Of a DNA stretch of 61,632 bases, positions 52,663 to 61,632 are shown piece by piece (the stretch's first letter is position 1; every line of letters starts with the position of its first letter). A program made the translations under genes and the position numbers. The stretch covers positions 52,243,916 to 52,305,547 of the forward strand of contig NC_068997.1 of the NCBI RefSeq assembly GCF_001194135.2, written 5' to 3'. Origin of the DNA: Octopus bimaculoides (Eukaryota). The notes under the pieces were generated by a model, which saw nothing but the letters and a program-made list of their open reading frames with translations, ran no database searches and had not been told where the DNA came from.

Positions 52663-53779
52663 ATTGTTGTGTGTGTCACATATTCCACGTGCTACAGTTG
52701 TAGCTAATTTATGAAATATAGAAATGATCACGGCCATACACTTGTCAGCTGCGATTGCGCAGATTTATGACTAAAGTGATCCAACCGTGACCATCACGTC
52801 TATGTAATAGGAACGACATTGTGCAAGGTATCCTATACTTTAGACCATGTGCGTGAGTGCATGTAAATGAGTCATTGCGAGTGAGTGCTTGTGCATGTGA
52901 GGGAGTGTGTGCTTGTGTGTGAATCAGTATATGCAAGTGAGTGTGTGCGTTCTCATGGTACTATGCATGTGTGTGTGTGTGTCAGTACTTTCATCTTCCC
53001 AGCGCCTTATTGACTGAAAGGATAATACCTGTTTCAACTCCCACCTGTTATTTACCTGTGAAGAAAATATTTAATTAACACAGCCTTCCGTTTTTTTTTT
53101 CATCCTCACCCCCACCACCAACAATTACGTAACCTCACCAACCAACGTGTAGAAGCCTCAAAGTGGCCATTCTGCTTGCTGGAAATAACAACCAAACTTC
53201 CCTCAAATTATATTTCACTGTTTTAGAAACAGAAAAAAATCTAATTACGTCATCCTACAAGTCTGAAAAATCAATAAGCCAGCATAACTGCGGTTAAGAA
53301 ACTTGCTTTGCAACCATGTGGTTTTTGGTTCAATCCTATTTCACGGCACCTTGGGGAAGTATCTACTGCCCCATGCCTTGTGAGTGCATTTGGCAGTTGG
53401 AAACTGCATGGAAGCCCGTCGTGTGACATCGCTTGACACCTTGTGTTTGTTTACGGCCCCGTAACTTGGCGGTTCGCGAAAAGAAACTGATAGAATAAGT
53501 ACCACACTTAAAAGTACGAAGGTCGATTTCTTCGACTAAAACTATGCAAAGCGATGCTCCAGCATGGCTGCAGTCCAATGACAAATATATAAAAGAAACA
53601 AAAATTCAGGGTGGGCATGGCGGGATTACCTTTGATCTTAGGTCAGCACAATTACAGCTATCTTAGAGTTAAACGCCATCCAGTGATCCCTTGCTCAAAC
53701 AAAGTCTTCCCTCCATCCATCCAGTTCTCCACTATTCCTGAGAAGGTCAAAGTGAGGCCAAAGTGCTCAGGGACGTCCA

Positions 53780-54065
53780 CCATAGGGTCCTATCAAAAGT
53801 AACCATCATTACGCTTTCCTGCTGGATTCCCAAGTTTGACCAACTGAGACCATGGAGTATTGTCCACCCATCTCACTCAGTCTATCCCTAGGTTTCCTAC
53901 CGGTTGGCTAAGCCTGAAGAATACGTCTTGCGATTCTTTCTGCAACATTCTAATCATATGTCCATCGCAAAGGAGCTGTGACCCCTCAATGCAGGGAAGG
54001 AGGGACTCGACCTGGAGAGACGCCCGGATTTCTGAGTTCTGCATCTTACCGAGTAACGTTATTCC
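53780..54065 (-). mobile_element. RTE-clade LINE 3' fragment
   Basis: GITLLGKMQNSEIRASLQVESLL..IEGSQL..GH.IRM; same family as 60983-61245. Confidence 0.7.
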
Positions 54066-55222
54066 AGAGAAGCCCGTCGTAGAATATATATAAATATAAG
54101 AAGCTTGCTTCCCAACCATATGGTTCCGGGTTCAGTCCCACTGCGTGAAATCTTGGACAAGCGTCTTCTGCTTTAGTCTCGGGCCGACCGAAGCCTTGGG
54201 AGTGGATTTGGTAGACGGAAACTGAAAGAAGCCCGTCGTGTATGTATATATATATATATATATATANNNNNNNNNNNNNNNNNNNNNNNNNNNNNNNNNN
54301 NNNNNNNNNNNNNNNNNNNNNNNNNNNNNNNNNNNNNNNNNNNNNNNNNNNNNNNNNNNNNNNNNNNNNNNNNNNNNNNNNNNNNNNNNNNNNNNNNNNN
54401 NNNNNNNNNNNNNNNNNNNNNNNNNNNNNNNNNNNNNNNNNNNNNNNNNNNNNNNNNNNNNNNNNNNNNNNNNNNNNNNNNNNNNNNNNNNNNNNNNNNN
54501 NNNNNNNNNNNNNNNNNNNNNNNNNNNNNNNNNNNNNNNNNNNNNNNNNNNNNNNNNNNNNNNNNNNNNNNNNNNNNNNNNNNNNNNNNNNNNNNNNNNN
54601 NNNNNNNNNNNNNNNNNNNNNNNNNNNNNNNNNNNNNNNNNNNNNNNNNNNNNNNNNNNNNNNNNNNNNNNNNNNNNNNNNNNNNNNNNNNNNNNNNNNN
54701 NNNNNNNNNNNNNNNNNNNNNNNNNNNNNNNNNNNNNNNNNNNNNNNNNNNNNNNNNNNNNNNNNNNNNNNNNNNNNNNNNNNNNNNNNNNNNNNNNNNN
54801 NNNNNNNNNNNNNNNNNNNNNNNNNNNNNNNNNCCTCAGTAATTATTTGTATAGTTAGGCAGGTGTTTGTTTTCACAGCACCTTGAAGTAATGAAGGTGT
54901 GAACGGGGAGGGCACGGGTGGTGGTGGGTGGTGGTGCGGACGGGTGACGGTAGGGGTAGGAGGTGGTGGTGGTTGTAGGTAGCTATGGTGAGGATGGTGG
55001 TGGCAGTTCTGATGTTATGGTGCAGGACGTAGTGGTGTGAGTTGTGAAAGTTTCTTTCAAGTCAATCAAGGAACACAAACATATTTACAAAAAAAAAAAA
55101 AAAAAATTACAAGAAAGGAAAAAAGAGAAAGAAAAAAGGAATAAAGATAAAGAAAAGGTTTCCATTTGAGGAAGTTGGCCACGAGGTAGAACGGAGTTCT
55201 TGGTTTAAAATAAACTTCAACG

Positions 55223-55286
55223 ATGTCTGTGGAACTAAAGTGGATTCTTGTGTCTATATTCTTCATTGTTACACCTGTAATCTCCG
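55223..55286 (+). CDS. CBM14 gene exon 1: signal peptide MSVELKWILVSIFFIVTPVIS
   Basis: ATG, short N-region with K, hydrophobic core, small-residue C-region; ends G|gtaag (phase 1). Confidence 0.8.
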
Positions 55287-57475
55287 GTAAGAATATCTTT
55301 AATTAGTTTTTACCAGGGCCGTCTTAACCGCATTATAGACTTGATTCCATGTCAGTTTGGGGTGGGGTTACTTTCCATTTGTTTTGCGTCATTTAAAGCC
55401 ACAACTACGTTTTTCGTAGCTAATACTTTTTAACGAGGTTTTCACCAAAATCGTCGTCAGTCCATCACAATCGTCTCTGTTCCCTAACTTTAAGTTTTCT
55501 CATCAACTACACGGGTTCGATAAATAAACCGATACACCAATGTGATTGATCCTTATTTTAGCAACACCAGTGGGTCGAGCAAATCTCAGGGATATTAATA
55601 CAGCTCACAATAGAGTGACGTATTCATTCTGGTGCTGAAAGGAGCCAGTCATCTCCAACACCGATTAATACGGTTATATTTTAGTTATATACACTAAAGT
55701 GGAGGCGCAATGGCCCAGTGGTCATAGGATCGCGGTTTCGATTCCCAGACCGGGCGTTGTGAGTGTTTATTGAACGAAAACACCTAAAGCTCCACGAGGC
55801 TCCGGCAGGGGATGGTGGTGAACCCTGCTGTACTCTTTTACCACAACACTCTCTCACTCTTACTCCCTGTTTCTGTTGTGCCTGTAATTCAAAGGGTCAG
55901 CATTGTCTTACTGTGTCACGCTGAATCTCCCCGAGAACTACGTTAAGGTTACACGTGTCCGTGGAGTGCTCAGCCACTTGCACGTTAATTTCACGAGCAG
56001 GTTGTTCCATTGATCGGATCAAATGGAACCCCCGACGTCGTAAGCGTGCCAACAACAACAATATACACTAAAAATAAATATAACATCTGAATAAAGAGAC
56101 GTTACTTGGATGATTCGGAAGCGCCAGCTCAGACAGTTTGGCTATGGAACTCGATTTTCTGAGACAGACAACGCTTACCCTCTTCTTTTTTCACCGAGGA
56201 TCCGGTTGGGCTGACAGCTCAATGTTGGTCGACCACGTGTCACATGGTTCAGGGCAGATGGGGATGTATCTTGAGGAGATGGAAGCTGACTAGGGACTCT
56301 GATAGACTGATCTCCCAGGAGGACTCGGGAATATATCGACGAATGGTGAATGCAGTAACGCACTGCAACGACACATGCTCCCACTACTGTCCTGATTACA
56401 ACATCAGCTGTTGAAGGTTATGTGTACGACTACTGACATTATGCACCAGTGTATTACTGGTACGTTATCACCATCATTACTATTACAATCATGTTTATCA
56501 CATTGCTCGCAAAGTTTATTTTAAGTCCTACACACATGTCTATCAGTTTTTTTTCACCTCGTTTCTTCTCTCCCCTCTAGAGAGATGTTACAGACATGGT
56601 GCTTACAAAAGAGACCCAAGAAACTGTCATAAGTTCTACAGATGTAACTGGGGTTATGTCCAGCACTTGACCTGTCCGAAAGGAACGGCTTTCAATCCCC
56701 GTTATATGGTGTGTGATTATATATGGCGGGTGCCCGAATGTCAGTCCCAGTGTCCACCTTCGTCTCGAGACCCTAATGAACCTTGTCCTCGAACCCCACC
56801 AATTCTTCCTAAGGATTCTTCGTGCCGAGAGCCCACACACAACACACTTATATCTGCCAGAAGTTTCTCAGGTAAGATCAAAACAATATTTCCCCCCCCC
56901 CCACCTCTTTATCTGTGTGCACGTCGTTTTAACGTCCGATTTTCCATGCTTGCAGTGGTTAGGAGGAATTCGTTGAGGCAGAATTTCTACATCCTGATGT
57001 CCTTCTTCCCAAGGAAGTTAATATTCTCTGAGGCTGGACATTTTTTTACCGAAGACCCTAGCATTTATATTTAAGCCTGGTACTTATTCTGTTTCTTGTA
57101 GGACCGCTAAGAGGTCGTAAACAAACCAACACCTGTATTTAAGCGGGGGTGGGTACAAATACAAGTTACACACAACGATAGGCTTTCACATAGTTTCTGT
57201 CTAAAATATTCACTCACAAAGTAAGGGTCGCTAAGCATTTTGTCCGACGCGCCAGCGATTCTGCCAGATTGTCGCCTTAATAATAATGATGGCTTCAAAT
57301 TTTGCCCCAAGGGCAGCATTTCTACACTGGTGTTTCACTAGTACTTAATTTATCGACCCCGAAAGTAGGAAAGGAAAAGTTGACCTCGGCGGAATTTGAA
57401 CTCAGAACGTAGCGACGGGCGAAATACGGCTAAGCATTTTGCCCGGCGTGCAAACGATTCTGCCAGCTCGCCGCC

Positions 57476-57515
<40 letters not shown>

Positions 57516-58267
57516 TAACAATAACAATAACAATAATAATGATGCCCTGATGCAGTACCAAGCAATAACTTTCATGGCCTCTGATCTTAACCGATCGGAA
57601 GTGTTATGTACATTGTTTTGTCTCTGTTTAAAAGATGGTCTACAGCGAATATTCTGCTCAATGCCACAGATTTGCTTGTTAGTTGTTTGACCTCAACCAG
57701 TTGAGTACGTTCCTTAGTGGCTGATGATATGAGCATCTCTGATCATGAGCAGAAGTACTGGGGGAGCATCATAGCCATGTGTTGAGAGGAATTCTTTCGG
57801 GGTTTGGACAATTCACCTCTGGAAACATGGGTGTTTCTTTCAACATCCTTAAACAACCCTTATTCAGGGACCTTTTAGACAGGATGGGCTACTCGACCTG
57901 AAGAAAATTCTAACTGGGCCCCACCTGCGAGGTCATGCCCTGTTTATCACCATGTCGCGCACATATGGTTGTGATGCACGTGCTTGGTGTACCCTTATCT
58001 TTGGTACATTTTACCCCAGTCTCACTTTGGTGGCAGACGTTGCTCTCACTCAATAATAATAATGATGTTTGACATTCCTGTTATTTTCTTCTAGAATCCC
58101 GACCGGACCGACGATGCCATTCCTCATTCGCTGTTCTTCCAAATCCAAGAAACAATTCTTCGTATTTTGTCTGCCTTGAGAACAAAATGCTTTTGAAGTC
58201 TTGTCCTCCCGGATTAACCTTCGACCGCTTCAAGAACCGATGTGACTGGTCATTTCTCTCACTCTGA
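55223..58267 (+). CDS. Secreted chitin-binding protein with two CBM14 (peritrophin-A/ChtBD2) domains; 3 coding exons, 175 aa
   Basis: Exons 55223-55286, 56581-56871 and 58095-58267 have canonical GT-AG sites and phase-1 junctions; signal peptide followed by Cys-patterned domains. Confidence 0.88.
55700..56062 (+). mobile_element. tRNA-headed SINE family E with (CAA)n tail
   Basis: head ggcgcaatggcccagtggt..ggtttcgattccc; body shared with the partial copy at 50838-51010. Confidence 0.75.
56100..56395 (+). mobile_element. RTE-like LINE 3' fragment in intron 1 of the CBM14 gene
   Basis: IRKRQLRQFGY...DPVG...GRPRVTW. Confidence 0.7.
56581..56871 (+). CDS. CBM14 gene exon 2: six-Cys domain CYRHGAYKRDPRNCHKFYRCNWGYVQHLTCPKGTAFNPRYMVCDYIWRVPEC plus Pro/Cys linker
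   Basis: pyrimidine tract ctctag|...|gtaag; 291 nt, phase 1-1; C..G....DP.NC.KFY.C.......CP.GT.F.....CD.....C pattern. Confidence 0.93.
57295..57478 (-). mobile_element. SINE family C, minus orientation, CpG-retaining (probably young)
   Basis: gacctcggcggaatttgaactcagaacg...gattctgccagctcgccgcc; others near 1630, 15990, 18870, 26460, 29985, 34168, 39800, 59325, 60846, 61462. Confidence 0.8.
58095..58267 (+). CDS. CBM14 gene exon 3: second domain CHSSFAVLPNPRNNSSYFVCLENKMLLKSCPPGLTFDRFKNRCDWSFLSL*
   Basis: ttcttctag| acceptor, phase 1; CP.GL.F....RCDW motif; TGA at 58265-58267; AATAAA at 58509 and 58570. Confidence 0.87.
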
Positions 58268-58628
58268 TTTAATTTCCTTCTAAACTGTTACACTTGCACA
58301 CGAGAAGGTCGTGGGTTAGGGCTCAATTCCTACTCAATGCTTGCTATTTACTAATCCTCTGTTCTGTATTCTGTACCCTTATGAATTATCTCACCCCTCT
58401 TCCCAACTAACAATCTCCTTATCCCATTCCTCTCTCCCCCTCTCTCTAGTTTCCGCATCCCCCTCTATCGCACCCATTCTCCGACGACTACTTTCCTTAC
58501 TACTAACAAATAAAATATATAAAATTACATATTTTGTTGTATCTTGGGGGTGGGGTCATTATGCCAATAATAAACAAACACTGGTTCTATTTCTTAGGAA
58601 TGAGAACCCAGGTTCGAAATTTCCCCAA

Positions 58629-58674
58629 GACACCTGATGAAGCCTCGAGGGTATATCAGCCGAAACGTTGTGTT
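58629..58674 (+). ncRNA. Penelope-type minimal hammerhead-like motif (stem II partly decayed)
   Basis: GACAC-CTGATGA-A-GCCTC-gagggtatat-CAGCC-GAAAC-GTT-GTGTT. Confidence 0.45.
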
Positions 58675-59072
58675 AACAACAAACAAGATGAGGACAAATA
58701 TCTGTCAAATGTAAATAATGTAAATAATTTCATTTCACGTTGGTCCAGTCCACGCAGCTGCAAATCGGTCACTTTCCGATCAGTGAGAATGTTGGACTGC
58801 TCGCCTAGCCAACGGGGGTGGGGGCTTCATTCGAAAGCTACAAACGATTCAAATCGCACTGTGACCAATGATGTATAACAACATCTGATTGTCTGGACGG
58901 TCACGGAATATCAAGTAGTGTGGTCACAGATGTAAACTGCCCGAATAAAAGATGAGTTGGAGGGGAGGGGGAGGACGGGCGGAAATCTTTCCTTTGGAAA
59001 AATTTTATCGCTCGAAACTGCAACCTGGTCACTGACAAATGATATTGCAGTAAATGTCAGAGAAGTCAACAG

Positions 59073-59105
<33 letters not shown>

Positions 59106-60982
59106 CTTGATTGCAACTGCTTCAATTTCAACTCACGGTCTCAGATCAAACCACGAGCCATACAAGTACGGCTCCGTAAAAAAGCAACATATTGTGAAAA
59201 TATTATCTAAAGAATTCCGTTAAAGGGAAATAACTCTTAAGTATTGTTAGTTACTTCCCTTGATACCGTTTATTTTATTTTATGTCTTATATTCATTTTA
59301 ATATTACTTTTTCGCTTTCAAATTTCGACACGAAGCCAGCAATTTCGTAGAAGGAGACAAGCTGACTGCAATGTTTGACTGATATTTATTTCATCGATCT
59401 CGAAAGGATGAAGGGCAAAGTCGACCTCGGTGGAATTTGAATTCAGGACGTAAAGACGGACGAAACGCCGTTGGCATGGTAACAATTCTGGGCAAATTGC
59501 TTCGGAGTTGGATAAAATAAACACCAGCAGAGCACGTGAATCGATGTAATCGACTCCCCCCACCCCCACCGCGAAATAGCCGACCAGGTGTCAAAATTCG
59601 AAACTAATGTATGTATTCATTTACCTCTGGCCATGATAAATATTTTATTTTTCATTAATTGTAGCGTATGAAACAATTGGAAAGAGCATCATTTCGTCTC
59701 GTATATTTTCACACAGAAAGGGCCGATACATTTCTCTAAAATAATCAGAAGAAAGGCAACTTCACGAGTTCCTCAGTTCATAGCACTATGAACAAATCGG
59801 CGGAGGTAAAGAATACGTACACCACCCGTTTTCGGCGTAACAAAAACCCTAAACACCGGGTGTACGTATTCTTTACTTTCGCCAAAAAATCTTAGAGGAT
59901 CCAGTCAGTAACACACACACACACACACACACGCGCGCAAAGCCGCCACTGGTCCACAGATTTCAGTGTCTCATCTCCCTGCCTTCTCTGCAGCTACTAC
60001 AATGGCCTCTGGTCTTCTCATGTCACCTAATTTTTCAATAAAAATGCCNNNNNNNNNNNNNNNNNNNNNNNNNNNNNNNNNNNNNNNNNNNNNNNNNNNN
60101 NNNNNNNNNNNNNNNNNNNNNNNNNNNNNNNNNNNNNNNNNNNNNNNNNNNNNNNNNNNNNNNNNNNNNNNNNNNNNNNNNNNNNNNNNNNNNNNNNNNN
60201 NNNNNNNNNNNNNNNNNNNNNNNNNNNNNNNNNNNNNNNNNNNNNNNNNNNNNNNNNNNNNNNNNNNNNNNNNNNNNNNNNNNNNNNNNNNNNNNNNNNN
60301 NNNNNNNNNNNNNNNNNNNNNNNNNNNNNNNNNNNNNNNNNNNNNNNNNNNNNNNNNNNNNNNNNNNNNNNNNNNNNNNNNNNNNNNNNNNNNNNNNNNN
60401 NNNNNNNNNNNNNNNNNNNNNNNNNNNNNNNNNNNNNNNNNNNNNNNNNNNNNNNNNNNNNNNNNNNNNNNNNNNNNNNNNNNNNNNNNNNNNNNNNNNN
60501 NNNNNNNNNNNNNNNNNNNNNNNNNNNNNNNNNNNNNNNNNNNNNNNNNNNNNNNNNNNNNNNNNNNNNNNNNNNNNNNNNNNNNNNNNNNNNNNNNNNN
60601 NNNNNNNNNNNNNNNNNNNNNNNNNNNNNNNNNNNNNNNNNNNNNNNNNNNNNNNNNNNNNNNNNNNNNNNNNNNNNNNNNNNNNNNNNNNNNNNNNNNN
60701 NNNNNNNNNNNNNNNNNNNNNNNNNNNNNNNNNNNNNNNNNNNNNNNNNNNNNNNNNNNNNNNNNNNNNNNNNNNNNNNNNNNNNNNNNNNNNNNNNNNN
60801 NNNNNNNNNNNNNNNNNNNNNNNNNNNNNNNNNNNNNNNNNNNNNGAATTTGAACTCAGAGCGTAAAGGCAGACAAAATACCGCTAAGCATTTCGCCCGG
60901 CGTGCTAACGTTTCTTATTTCTTTACTGCCCACAAGGGGCTAAACATAGAGGGAACAAACAAGGACAGACAAAGGAATTAAG

Positions 60983-61245
60983 TTGGCTTGGCTTGAAGAA
61001 TCCGTCTTGCGCTTCTTTCCTGCCGCAATCTAAACACATGTCTGTAGTACGGGAGCTGTAACCAACGAATGCGGAGAAACAGCGGCTTAACTTGGAGAGA
61101 CTCCTTGATCTCTGAGCTACGCAACCTAAGTAACATCAGTTCGGGAATCCATCGGAGGAACGCCATTTCGGTAGCTAGAATTGAAAGTGCTGGCACAGTA
61201 ATGCGACCTGTTCTGGTATTCGATATTCAGAAGAGGAGACATTGG
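60983..61245 (-). mobile_element. RTE-clade LINE 3' fragment
   Basis: ATEMAFLR...RSSEIKESLQVKPLFLRI...QERSARRILQAKPT. Confidence 0.75.
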
Positions 61246-61632
61246 TAAAAAAAAAACAAAAAAACTCACTATCTTCAATTATGTTTTCGTGTCTACTTTC
61301 ACCTACGATCTTGAACGTCGAAATATAAAAATATTGCATGGATAGTTCCATACTAAATGAGGATGGGGTTATCCTGTACTAATTAATCTATATCGATTAA
61401 GAACGGTTTATTCTGTATTGATTCGATACAAGAATCTAGTGACTGGTAAAAATAAAAAAGGATAAAAGGCAAAGTCGACCTCGGCGGAATTTGAACTCAA
61501 AACGTAAAGCATTTCGCCCGGCGTACTAACGTTTCTGACAGCTCGCCGCCTTTAATAACGATAATTAAAACCTACTGAATTTCTATAAAAATTGTCGTAA
61601 AGCGTTCTTCAAAGGAATAAATTTTAAAATGC

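Noticed and set aside
58095-58267. Initially considered a Penelope GIY-YIG C-terminus
   Set aside because: The Cys pattern, splice phase and CP.GL.F..CDW motif fit a CBM14 exon much better
58740-58960. FKSHCDQ peptide faintly like a third CBM14 domain
   Set aside because: Needs frameshifts, lacks the Cys spacing and a proper acceptor, and lies after the poly(A) signals
1-61632. CRISPR arrays, rRNA genes, prokaryotic operons
   Set aside because: None seen; the tandem repeats lack unique spacers and the sequence is intron-rich eukaryotic DNA

Overview
Eukaryotic genomic DNA: AT-rich, dense in microsatellites and SINEs, with 10 N-gaps. The repeat families suggest an octopod cephalopod (inference). 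Almost all entries in the supplied ORF track are artefacts of microsatellites, gaps or repeats. Reading splice sites by hand gave two + strand genes. (1) A FERM-domain Band 4.1-like gene orthologous to EPB41L4A/NBL4: 23 coding exons traced in phase from 21827 to the stop at 44619. One further exon is predicted inside gap 29613-29938 and the first exon was not located. It ends in a His/Ser/Arg-rich tail with a 14-aa tandem repeat and a C-terminal -ATEL. (2) A small secreted chitin-binding (CBM14/peritrophin-A) gene with 3 coding exons (55223-58267, 175 aa). The rest is several SINE families, RTE and R4/Dong LINE fragments, mariner-like MITEs and a probable Mutator relic. Most notable unexplained structures: four minimal hammerhead-ribozyme-like motifs (one at the apex of a ~140-nt rod-like hairpin), decayed copies of acceptor-plus-exon-start just upstream of three EPB41L4A exons, and a 100-bp intronic inverted repeat next to an exon. 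All calls are by eye. Homology statements are recalled from memory and need BLAST/HMM confirmation. Repeat coordinates are approximate.
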